A stretch of 64,000 nucleotides of DNA from Callorhinchus milii. Lineage: Eukaryota. The stretch lies in assembly GCF_018977255.1 (NCBI RefSeq), contig NW_024704743.1, positions 107,014,001-107,078,000 of the forward strand. Reading direction: 5' to 3'. A model generated the notes under the pieces. The model saw only the letters and a program-made list of their open reading frames with translations, had not been told where the DNA came from and ran no database searches. The translations under genes were made by a program, and so were the position numbers. Shown piece after piece: positions 54,101 through 64,000 of the stretch (positions are counted from its first letter, which is position 1; the number at the start of each line of letters is the position of its first letter).

Positions 54101-57100
54101 TTGAAAACAGTTCCAACTGTTCTGTTCTGAGGTAGCCATTAGGTAATATGCAGGACTGGCTGTAGGATAAATGTCACTATTTTATTGTTGCTTCATCACC
54201 CTCCTTTCTCCTTGGGGTAAGTGATTTCCTGACCCAATCTCCGCAGCCCTTGCAGCTGCTATTAAGAAGTTGTAAGTGTGGGTTAATCGCAAGTGTAAAA
54301 TCTATGCCGCGTTGCTTTTGTTCAACCTCTATCATACAGCATTTCCTTGTCATTCGCATTGTGTCATTCCCATCGTCACTACTTTGAGATTTCACTAATT
54401 AATTCATGAGCATTTTGTTATGATATAACTTCTATTGATGTTATTGTAAGTGTTATTTTCAGTTTCTTTGGACTTTGTGACCTTGTGATCAATTATTTTT
54501 ATTCTCCTGTCCTACAGCTAGTGACTCCAACTGGGGAGCAGGATTGCTTTTTAATGTGATTTCCAAAACCATTTGTGCAGCCATCGATCGATCCTCTTAG
54601 AATCATAAGAGGAGTAGAAGAGAAAAGAAATCTAGGAATTCCATAAATCTCTAAAAGTAGCAACACAGGTAGATAAGGCTATAAAAAACACCAGTAGTGC
54701 ATTGTGTCAATTTCTGTGAACATTACAAGAAGAATATAGCAACGATTGAAAGAGTACAGCATAGATTTACAAGGATGGTACCAGAGTTGGCAGGTTACTG
54801 CTGTCATGATAGACTGGATAGGTTAGGCCTTTTCCACTAGAGAGGAGACATTTAAATGGGAACCAAATAGAAGTATTCAAAATTATAAACAATTACCATA
54901 AATAAACTGTTCCCACTTTTGGGGACCTCCGTAACCAGGGTACACGAGTGTAAGATTATGACTGGGAGATCTAAAAAGAAAAGTTACTGGGAGCAACACT
55001 AGTAGATGGTAGTGAGAATATGGAACTTGATCCCCAAAGCAGTGGTTCAGTAGGATAGTATTGATGGATTTAAGGGGAAACTAGATAAATGCATAACAAC
55101 AGTAATAATGATAATAGGCATTTGATAAAGCACTTTTCATGCTGGGAGCATATCCCAAAGCACTTCACAGGATATAGCGTATAGTGCAGTGACTGTGTGT
55201 TTTATGGGTAAATGAGGGAGCAGGAAATGAAGGGGTATGGAGGGAGTAAGGAGTTGCCGGAAATTTGTGTGGAGTTTAAAGGCTGGCACAGACTATTTGG
55301 GCAAATTCTGTGTAAACCTGTGTAAACCATTTAATCTATCGCAGTGTTGCAAGAGTTGCTCCTCTTCTGGTTCTATAAATGGAGAATTTTGGTCATTACA
55401 AAGATTTCTCCAGTGTTTGCCTTGTGAGCGATATGTTGGTGAGTGAGCTGTGTAGGACTCTGCTACACTTTGCTAAAATCTGGCCGCACCCACCAGGGAT
55501 GTCACCATTGTTCATTGTTTTGAACAAATGCATTTTGCTTTTCTTCATTTTCTTCCTCGATTTTAATTTCACATGTTTGTGGGATGGTCCTGGTGCAACT
55601 AACTGCTGCTTTTACCTTCACAACGATCTATATTATGTATAATCATGTTATTGATTTTCAGATAATAATCCATTCTTTGATCATTTTAGCTTCTGTCTGC
55701 CTTATGATTCCGGTAGACGTTAGAGGGCGAGCCTACCACTGCTATTTCAGAGAAATGTGGAGCAAGGAGTCTTTCTCCTGGTTATCCTGGTTTATTTTTT
55801 CACTTTTAATCCAAATTTATCCCCAATTCCAATTAATTGGCTGCTTATCTCCTTATTATTCATTTGACATTACTGTTGGAGATTGGCTTCCTAAGCAATT
55901 ATATTTTGGATATCACTTTGAGATGTCTTTGCATGAAATGTCGTATATAAAAGCAAGTTATAATTATTTAAATGTTAAACCATAGAAATGAGGGGTGTGG
56001 TGGGGAGAGAGAGAGAGACATGAAAATCGAGGTTGAAGTTATTTTATTTCTGTTTCTCTTTATAAAGTTCTGAATGTGTGATTTCCTCAGTTGTATTTAA
56101 TATAATGTTAGGAATATTTTTTCTGTGTTTTTTGTGTGAAACTAAATATCAATACTGTACTTTTTATATTTAGGTTCAAATTTTACTGAAGCTCTGGAAA
56201 AATGGCTTTAGTTTGGATGATGGAGAGCTTCGGACCTACAATGACCCTGCAAACTCTCGGTTTTTAGAATCCGTCGGCAGAGGGTAAGATCCTGATAGCA
56301 CAGCAGCTCTGATGCTCAAAATTAGAAAAATATAATTTGAAATATTTGAGTGCCTTTGCAGTTCATTGCAGCACATTAATGCACATTAGTCCCCCCGAGA
56401 GACTAGAATTCAGGCCAAAAGCAGATTAAATCTCAGAGCTATCCTCTAAGGTGAAACTTGATTACTGGGTTCAGTTACCAGATTAATGTGACACATCTTG
56501 CTGTGCTTAATTTGAAGGAAAAACAGCTTCTTACCTCAGTGTGCTATTTGCTTGCCAGATGCAGGAGGTAGTGCATATTTTGAGTACTTTTTAAGCTCCT
56601 ACTTAGATTCTTGACAGTATTGACTTCTTGATGTTAATTCACTATGTAAGCTTTACTCTGCCTAAGGCTCTGGCTTTAACATCAATTGTACTCCATTTTG
56701 TACAAAAAAAGCAGCATTTCTTCAAAATGAAAAGTCATCTTTTATGTATGTAGTATGTAGTGGAGGTTTGTTTTCTGAATCATCAATGGGAGTTCATCAA
56801 TGGTTGGTATACTGATATATTTTGCCTCATTGGATTACAAAGAGGATGACCAGACAATTTATTATTCTTTTCCTTCCCCCCTCCCTGAAGACATGCTTAT
56901 AAGATGGAACACATGTTTGAATTCTCTCTGGGCATGGGGTTTGAAGTTTTGCTTTCTTTCATCTTGCAGGAAATCTGTCGTTCACATATAGATTTGGTAG
57001 AGAAATTACTTCATAGACATTTCTTTGCAATGTGTACTAAAAATATAATTTCGCTATAACCTAAGTTAATTGTACATAAAAACTACCTGTAGAGGAAATC

Positions 57101-58828
57101 CCATGGGTGTTTTCTGGGCCACTAGTGAGCACTAGATTCATTTGAAGCAGATTTTTTAAAAAAATGTTCATCACGCTCATTCAAATCTCCAATTTCATTG
57201 CTGTTTGTTCTCTCTAGAGAAATTCCCCTTGAGCTGCAAAGACTGGTACATGGAGGCCAAGTAAGTTTGGATATGGAGGATCACAGACGTGAAGAATATT
57301 TAAGGCACAAATTAAAGTTCAAGCCATTTTCTGGAGAGGGACAGAAGCTGGGAAGGTAGGGGGCATTTTATTTGGTGTGTCATTAGGCCAAGTAATCTTC
57401 GACTGGTCAGTATTATGTCATTGAAAATATTTTACTTGGGAGGTGAAAGACCTCCGAGATGGAGATCCAGAGAACAGAGGCAGCAGATTGGCTGAAAGAT
57501 CACCAGAAATGTACCAGGCATCTGATCTAGCACATGTCTACAATATACACAGGCTACAAGTAGATCAATACTAAACTGAATTCAGTTATAATGGGGTTGC
57601 CATGTGAGGTTTAATGGAGTTTTTAATTTGTAAGATATACACTAGGGGCTGATTTGTGATAATTCTAGCTGTAACTTCCTTTTAGTGAATATCGGATTGT
57701 TCAATTTGCGATTTTGCAAATTGACTTGATTGCAATTTCTGCAAGTGTTTATTTCAGGGGATGGTGCTTCCTTTGACACTAATTTGCTACAAGTGTTTTT
57801 TTCTTTCTTCCTGTAGTCCTACTCCAACCATTGTCAGTACTCCATCTTCTCCTGAAGAGGAATTCAAGCATTTTGTTAATGTTATGAGCATCGATGACTC
57901 TGTGCCAACAACCAACATCCAGATCCGACTGGCAGATGGGAGCCGCGTGGTACAGAAATTCAATCAAAGTCACAGGTAAGGACTAATACAAGCCTCCGGT
58001 TAGACTTGCTACAGTTCCCCTTCCCTACCGTTCATTACATCAATAACACAATAACTTCATGTAGGATAGTGTCTCAGAAAGCTGCATAACTGCAGGGTTA
58101 GATGCTGCAGTTGAAGAAGTTGGTCTTAACTAGAGATTTGAAGATAAAGAGGAGGGAAGACGGAGGGATTGAGGCAGGGAGTTCCAGAGGTTCTGGTGTA
58201 ATGGCTGAAGGCATGATAACCAATGGTGGATAATGGGGTTCGGGTACGTGCAGGTGAGTGAAGGGGCAGGCAGAGGAGTGCGGTACAAGTGGGTCAGAGG
58301 TAACGAGGTGGTCGGGCGTGAAGGGATTTGTTTGTGAAGGTGAGGATCTTGAGGTCAATCCGAATCCACCTTTTCTTTAAGCGCTCTGGGACGCTACCCT
58401 GTATGACGGGCGCTATATAAATGCAAGTTGTTGTTTGCGGATTCATTATGCACCCTTCACACAATAATAGCACTTGTAAGAAATTTGTAGAAAAACAAAA
58501 CAATCTTTGTTCAAATTGCACCCAGGACATAAGGTATTAAATGCAAGGATAATTATTATTATAGATGAATATCCTACACGAAAACTATCAAGTTTCAGTT
58601 CTTTTTTCTTTGTGAATCCCAAGCAAGGGTTCTGAGATTGTCACAACCTATTCTTTTAATTACAGGATTCATGATATTCGTCAGTTTATAGTTCAGCATT
58701 ATCCTGTCTTTGCGGCCTCCTCCTTTCTGTTGATGACAACTTTCCCAAATAAAGAGCTGACAGATGAAGACCAGACTCTGCAAGAAGCCAAGCTACTCAA
58801 CGCAGTGATTGTTCAGCGCCTGAAGTAG
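42058..58828 (+). CDS. UBXN2B: p47/p37-family p97(VCP) cofactor (UBA-like, SHP, SEP, SHP, UBX), most likely the UBXN2B ortholog; 9 coding exons join(42058..42165,46770..46873,50774..50854,51794..51950,53608..53700,56174..56283,57218..57355,57817..57975,58666..58828), 370 aa
   Basis: Exons of 108+104+81+157+93+110+138+159+163 = 1113 nt splice with canonical GT-AG sites into one open frame ending in TAG. Motifs: SHP boxes [10 protein letters not shown] and [33 protein letters not shown]...[32 protein letters not shown]...TTFPNKEL...[11 protein letters not shown]. Family assignment is near certain; UBXN2B versus NSFL1C rests on recalled diagnostic residues. Confidence 0.85.
42183..42281. repeat. 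18-bp GC-rich tandem repeat (CTCCGGCCCGCGGGGTGA) x~5.5
   Basis: Directly visible just after the exon 1 donor. Confidence 0.92.
42350..45820. repeat. Intronic minisatellite/satellite built on a 10-bp unit (CCCA[C/G]TGAC[A/T]) with higher-order units
   Basis: Nearly pure 10-mer array from 42350 to 43140, then 9-11-mer variants interleaved with recurring longer spacers. Confidence 0.95.
46115..46560 (-). mobile_element. Degraded L2 3' fragment in intron 1
   Basis: LARLHWIP in ORF 46376..46633; L2 tail with (AAC)n at ~46115. Confidence 0.75.
46770..46873 (+). CDS. UBXN2B: Coding exon 2 ([35 protein letters not shown])
   Basis: Acceptor ccttcttttcacttag; donor AG|gtaaga; LALASFY matches p47 IALASFY. 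Confidence 0.88.
47580..48700 (+). mobile_element. L2 LINE fragment (second tail type) in intron 2
   Basis: ORF 47684..48589: GSILGPILF, degenerate [27 protein letters not shown]; tail GCGCGCTGAGATTCTACCCTGCATGGAGGGCGCT + (GTT)n. Confidence 0.9.
50774..50854 (+). CDS. UBXN2B: Coding exon 3 ([27 protein letters not shown])
   Basis: Acceptor tttactcttccag; donor AG|gtaaaa; phase 2-2; ends EEGQR as in p47. Confidence 0.85.
50885..51205 (+). mobile_element. L2 3' fragment starting ~30 nt after exon 3
   Basis: [18 protein letters not shown]; (GTT)n tail. Confidence 0.8.
51794..51950 (+). CDS. UBXN2B: Coding exon 4 ([52 protein letters not shown])
   Basis: Acceptor ctcccctcag; donor ATG|gtaaga; family-conserved FYAGGSE and LFKxAxEHGAV motifs. 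Confidence 0.93.
53608..53700 (+). CDS. UBXN2B: Coding exon 5 ([31 protein letters not shown]), SHP box 1
   Basis: Acceptor ttattttgtag; donor GAT|gtaagt; 93 nt, phase 0-0. Confidence 0.93.
54600..55320 (+). mobile_element. Old degraded CR1 3' fragment with a SINE tail inserted at ~55100..55210
   Basis: Resembles the reverse complement of the 29 kb CR1 (agatttacaaggatggtaccag, ctgttcccact, tggaac, tttaaggggaaactagataa). Confidence 0.65.
56174..56283 (+). CDS. UBXN2B: Coding exon 6, SEP domain ([37 protein letters not shown])
   Basis: Acceptor ttttatatttag; donor GG|gtaaga; 110 nt. Confidence 0.95.
57218..57355 (+). CDS. UBXN2B: Coding exon 7, end of SEP domain and SHP box 2 ([46 protein letters not shown])
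   Basis: Acceptor tttgttctctctag; donor AG|gtaggg; 138 nt. Confidence 0.95.
57817..57975 (+). CDS. UBXN2B: Coding exon 8, linker and start of UBX ([53 protein letters not shown])
   Basis: Acceptor ttctttcttcctgtag; donor AG|gtaagg; overlaps supplied ORF 57761..57979. Confidence 0.95.
58045..58437. mobile_element. Two opposed L2 3' fragments in intron 8
   Basis: Reverse L2 3' region at 58045..58350 and forward tail GCGCTCTGGGACGCTACCCTG..GGGCGCTATATAAATGCAAG at 58380..58437. Confidence 0.65.
58666..58828 (+). CDS. UBXN2B: Coding exon 9, end of UBX domain ([53 protein letters not shown])
   Basis: Acceptor ttcttttaattacag; UBX FP loop (TTFPNK); TAG at 58826..58828. Confidence 0.95.
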
Positions 58829-59604
58829 TTATCTTCAACTTAACAGAGCCACACCGACAAAATGAGCCTTGTGATATTTGTTTCTCGGTGTATTGAGGCG
58901 CAGTTGTGTGCCAGGACTGTGGTAACACTGCCAAGGCACTCGCATCAGAATGCTCTATTGAGCACTGAAAAGAAAGCCACTGTTGACCTTTAATTGGTTG
59001 CTTTTTGACTCTCCTATCGAAGGCCTGTGGGAACTGTTCCCACTGTATGTTCATTGTCAATAGCTACTCATTCATATTGTGAATAGATGTAAAGTTTACT
59101 ATAATCTGAATTGAAATAAGCAGCCATCGTTTGATCTTAGCAATTTGATTCAATTTATCACTACTATGGGCTAGAATCACTGCAATAATGTTTACTTATT
59201 TGCGACTTATTATTGGCGAGGTGGAAGGCACAAAGTTGTAAGGGGCCGACAACGAAGTCCAATTTTGCGATTTTTGCAACAGATGGGAAGGGCTTATTGC
59301 ATCTTCAGTTTGCAACGTCTGAAAACTCTCTACTTTGTGATATTCACAAAACAGCAATTTGCAATTTCCGAAAGCTACCACAGTACAAATGAAAACTCTA
59401 GACAGATAGCATTTCAGGCGTCAGCACTTTCTTAAAAGCTCGGTGGTTTCGGAAATCACAATTAGCTGTTTTTCCAGTAATACAAATTAAACCCTAATGT
59501 TTTCTTATTTATGCATGATAATTATTACCTAGATCAAGATTTCATACTACTGACGTTTTATGAGAGAAGTAAAAATTAATTTATATGTACCTTCACAATC
59601 ATGG

Positions 59605-60759
59605 AATAAAACAATTCTCAAAGTGAAATAACGGTGTGATAAGTGTTTTGCGCTCATATTTAGCTGTAAATTCCCCTGTCAGAAACACTACATTGCTGTG
59701 TGTTATTAAAATGGCCAGCCAGTCACCAGCTACTATCAGCTAGTTCACCTGTGAGGTTAGTTTGAGATACAGAGGTAGTCATTTCATAGTGAAACTCACA
59801 TCAGCATTGCTTCAATACAGCATTGGAGTGCTTGCTGCAGGTTTGCTTTCCACAATAAGATTTAAAGGAAAAAGTTAAATATTTATCCCTTGCACCATTT
59901 CTCATCTCTCATTTTTCTCCAAATGGTGTGTTGACACAATATACCCCGGCCAACTCCCCAGAGTCTATTCCTCCTCTTCAGCACAGTGGATTAGGTCATT
60001 ATACCAGAACTGTTCACCTTCCCTAAAAAGAATGCATCTGTACCCTCTGAGCTTGTGACAATGTATAATCTCAATTTAGATTTGAGAAGTGAACAAATTT
60101 AGAAAAAGGAAATTACTGTTTGCTTCATCAAGTCCATAGCATTACTCACCACCACCTTCCATTGCCATATCCTTTCATATTGCTGCTTGCCATCTGTCCA
60201 CATCTTAAATTGCTGCAGAAATGTGTAATCGGCGAAAGGTACAGGAAGGGTGGGGGATATTACAGAACTATTATGTTTTCATATAGCTATTTTAAACAAA
60301 AAAAAAGCTTTACATTTCATGCTGATTCACAGCATAACACCTCAGTTAACATTTTTTGTAACCTGGAAAGATCTTAACAGTAAAGCAGCACTAAAACATT
60401 TAAAGCTTATTGCATGCATTCAAATTAATTCACTCTTTTATTCTTATTCCAGTTCAATAAAAATATAGATCCAGGAAAAATATGAAGTAAAATTTACAGG
60501 GAGGGAGCACAGATAAATCTTAAAATTACTGTATACTTAGTCACTGTCAAAATTGTGAATATTGTCACTACTCTAAATGGAAGTGTTTTGCAGTCTGCAT
60601 TGATTAAAAATGAAACTGCTTAATCTCTGACTGATCTGAGAGTCTATCTAAATCATGAACTGATGTCTGCAAGAGTTGCAACATCAGAGAACCAGGTGAT
60701 TTTTGGGAGGAGAGTTTTTCTTTTGCAATGGAACAAAATCTGTAGGGAGGGGAAATAAA
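59605..60759 (+). terminator. Candidate polyadenylation signals AATAAA at 59605, 60456 and 60754
   Basis: Hexamer matches downstream of the stop codon; which one is used cannot be determined from sequence. Confidence 0.3.
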
Positions 60760-61687
60760 ACCAATAGAACTACCTTCCTACACAGGTCTCATTAAAGAAT
60801 TGTTTTAACTGCTCTTTGTTGTGACAGCACACGCTGATTTTTAGCCTGTTTAATGTTATTTTACTAAGATCAATACATTAGAGTTTGACTTTGAATTATG
60901 GGTGTGTGCAGATTCCATAAAAATCTACAATATAAACAACCATGGAAATGGAAATCTACAACACAGTGGGAGGCCATTCAACCTACTGTCAGTGTTTGCT
61001 CTTCCATGAAGCAATTTATTCTAATTCTGATTCCCTTCTCTTTCTCTTTGCCCTCTAATACTTTTTCTCTGCACCAGAAGTCACTACAATTAGGTAAGGT
61101 AACTATTGGGCAAATTACAATGCTTTTAAGTGCTTATTTATAAATTCCATTCGGAAAAGTCAAAAGGTCCAGGGCATGACTTATCAGAAAATATTTTCTC
61201 CCTTGCTATGAAAGACTTGTATCAAGCACTTTTCACTTTCATCTTATTGCCATAGGGAATTCTGCAAAAACACAGTTTACATAATATACATCTGTTTGTT
61301 TCTACATCCAGCAGGAGCTTTTAGATTGTTTACCCTTTCAAGTTTTCTTTTAAAACAAGGACAAGATAACAACAAGATTGCATTTATAGAGCGCCTTTCA
61401 CGTCGGGAGGACGTCCCAAGGCCCTGGACAGTTGGGTCGGGACCCGAGCAGGGGGCAAAATGGTCAGGGTGAGGGGAGGCAAGGGAGGGAGCGAGGAGGG
61501 GGTAGAGAGTCGAGAGGAGAGCTGAAGCCACGGTTGAAGAGAAACAAGATAAAACAAGATAAGGTAAAGTTCAGGGGTCAAGGTTTCCAAATATTGGGAA
61601 ATCATGAAGAAGAAGCAACCTGCACAGCAAAGTACTAAGACAAACGTATTGTTAAAAAGTAAACATTGCCTGTAAGCAAATAGATGA

Positions 61688-62035
61688 TAATAATAAATAA
61701 TCCTTGCATCTATATAGCGCTTTTCACGTCTTTTAGACGTCTCAAAGTGTAAAGTGAATTAACTGTATATTTGTGTGTGAAACGCGGCAGCCAATTGTGC
61801 ACAGCAGTGTCCCACAAACAGTCGTGGATTGAGTGACCAAATTATTATTGTGTTTTTTTCTTGAGGATTTATTATCCCCGGAAAAGTGATCCACCAACCG
61901 ATCAACAACCGGGTTCCTACTTACTGCTAGGTAAACAGACGCGTGTGGAGTAAGGAAACTTGCCCAACATTCGCCCTGCCGGGAATTGAACCCAGGTCTC
62001 TCATTTGCGAGGCAAGTGCTCTAACCACTGAGCCA
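61688..62035 (-). mobile_element. SINE, long subfamily
   Basis: Reverse-complement homology. Confidence 0.88.
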
Positions 62036-63118
62036 GTATGATTAAGTACTGTACCAGAGAAACACAGGGTCCCTGTTCAGAGACACTAGCTTCTGGAACT
62101 GTGCAATTTGATCTGTTTACAATGAAAGGTGAAATCCACAGGATAAGCAATTTTTTGTGGCTCTCACATGAAAAACCATAACAAAGTTTCCAAACCAGTT
62201 TCAGCTATGTATAATCTATACATGGAGATATCTCTGTCTGGAATTAAGTGCGTACTCTCTGCCCGGAGGGATACATACAGTTTACCTAATAACCGAATGC
62301 ATTTGGCATGAAATTTTGCCAAGAGCCAAGCCTTGGAGACCTCAGAGGGTGGGTTTGGATACTGCTGGAATCTAACTTTGTTGCTTGCCATTGAAAGTCT
62401 TGTCTGGCAAGCTTCCTGATGCTTGTCCAATGAGGACCACCCTGTCTGTTAGGGTTTCGGGCTTTGAAAGGTTAACGGAAGCCAAGTGAGAAGAGTTCCT
62501 GCTCATCGTGTACCCCTCCAAGTCCATCCAATGAGCCAGACTTTCTCATCTGTCATGAACAGTGCTATTGAGTACTCCAGATGTGCTTGGCTCAGGAACT
62601 GGACTATCAAGACCTCCACAGATGATTGACTGAATTCCAACATTCAGTTGACAAGCATGTCCTTGCCACCATCCTCCTGCTTACAGTTTGGAAACACATC
62701 CCTACTTCTATTTCTTTACATTTCATGTGTTTTGCTGATATCAGAATGTGTCAATCTTGCTATTTTCAGCCTTGTGTTGTACGTAAGCCCTGGTTTCATG
62801 GTGGCAGCTGTTTTTAGTGTTTTATTGGCAACAATGAGTAAAATTGCCACAGGAGTTGCAGTAACACATTGACATGGATGTTTAACATACGGGATATATT
62901 TTGAGATGTCATGTTGATCTCTCCAGTCTTTTCCTAAGAGGTTTGACATTTGACAAACATAAACACAGATATCATAATCGCCTGTAAATTTTTTCATTGG
63001 TGATTTATACATACCTAATATTTGCACAATTCACAAATTCAACTCGAATGAACAAATACAACTGATGAACTCTGACGGTGAGTCATTCTTCCATATTTTC
63101 ACAAATGTTTAATTGACA

Positions 63119-63414
63119 TAATAATCCTTGCATTTGATGTAGCGCTTTTCACATCGGGAGGACGTCCCAAAGCGCTTCACAGAACACACTGTAAAGCGAA
63201 TTGACTGTATATTTGTGGGCGAACGCGGCAGCCAATTGCGCACAGCAATGTCCCACAAACAGTCGTAGATTGACCAATTTATTGTTTTTGGTTTTGGAGG
63301 GATTATTATTAGGGATGTGGAGTAAGGAAACTTGCCCAAGGTTTCGCCCTGCCTGGAATTGAACTCAGGTCTCTCGCTTGCAAAGCGAGTGCTCTAACCA
63401 CTGAGCTACAGGAC
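63119..63414 (-). mobile_element. SINE, short subfamily
   Basis: Reverse complement of 161..480 with a small deletion. Confidence 0.9.
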
Positions 63415-63607
63415 ATTTACCTGACATTGACATTAAATATCAAAGGTGTGAGAAAAGGGGGAGAGGGAAGGGAGAAAGTTATTAAGTACAAAAATCCTAT
63501 TGCCAGTCCTGGGACAGACTGCTCTTCATTAGTTATAGATAGACTCCCAAATGATGGATCCTATCTCGAAATTTTGGTAAAGAAAACTATCAATAAGAAA
63601 CATGATC

Positions 63608-63713
63608 ACTGTTCTGATGAAGGGTCGTGACCCGAAATGTTGACTCACTTTCCTTTCTCCATAGATGCTGCCTGACCTGCTGAGTTTTTCCAGCTCTCTC
63701 TGTTTTTGTTTCA
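63608..63713 (+). mobile_element. Short repeat relic with a minimal hammerhead-like core (Penelope-like/retrozyme type)
   Basis: CTGATGA-A-GGGTC-GT-GACCC-GAAA-TGTT followed by GATGCTGCCTGACCTGCTGAG..TCCAGC, a motif I recall as abundant in cartilaginous-fish genomes. Confidence 0.6.
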
Positions 63714-64000
63714 ATGTATGAAACTCACTTAGTACTGCACCTACTAAATTACCAGACTGTATTTGAAATAGACTCTTTCTGGAAGCAATGTCCATATCGT
63801 TCTAGGTAATCTGATCCTAAGAACTGTATTGAATTATGCAATTAGCTTAATGTGTATCCAGCTAAAGGAACATTATGATCTGGAAACCAAAGTTCTTGCA
63901 CTTCATGTTTTGTGTTTTGTTTTACTGTCTTCTATTATCCTGCTTAAAAGTAAAACAAACACATTTGGTATTTCATGACTAGCCTTGAATAAAATGTAAA

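Overview
Vertebrate genomic DNA. The repeat content (tRNA-derived Deu-domain SINEs, L2 and CR1 LINEs, a shark-type hammerhead-bearing repeat) points to a cartilaginous fish, possibly a holocephalan; this is inference. Positions 1 to ~42 kb are intergenic and rich in retroposons. One protein-coding gene can be assembled by hand on the + strand: 9 coding exons from 42058 to 58828, all with GT-AG introns and compatible phases, 1113 nt, 370 aa. It encodes a p97/VCP cofactor of the p47/p37 (SEP-SHP-UBX) family. Its SEP/UBX core carries UBXN2B (p37)-type residues, yet it keeps the N-terminal UBA-like domain and [15 protein letters not shown] segment typical of NSFL1C (p47). This is the most interesting observation. 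Exon 1 lies in a small CpG island between an L2 3' tail and a 3.4-kb intronic satellite with higher-order structure. Other points of interest are SINE/LINE tail co-evolution and chimeras, an unidentified three-copy repeat, a minimal hammerhead-like relic, and divergent CTCF-like motifs. Nearly all ORFs in the supplied track are repeat-derived or chance ORFs. Comparisons with human proteins and repeat families are from memory, not from database searches.
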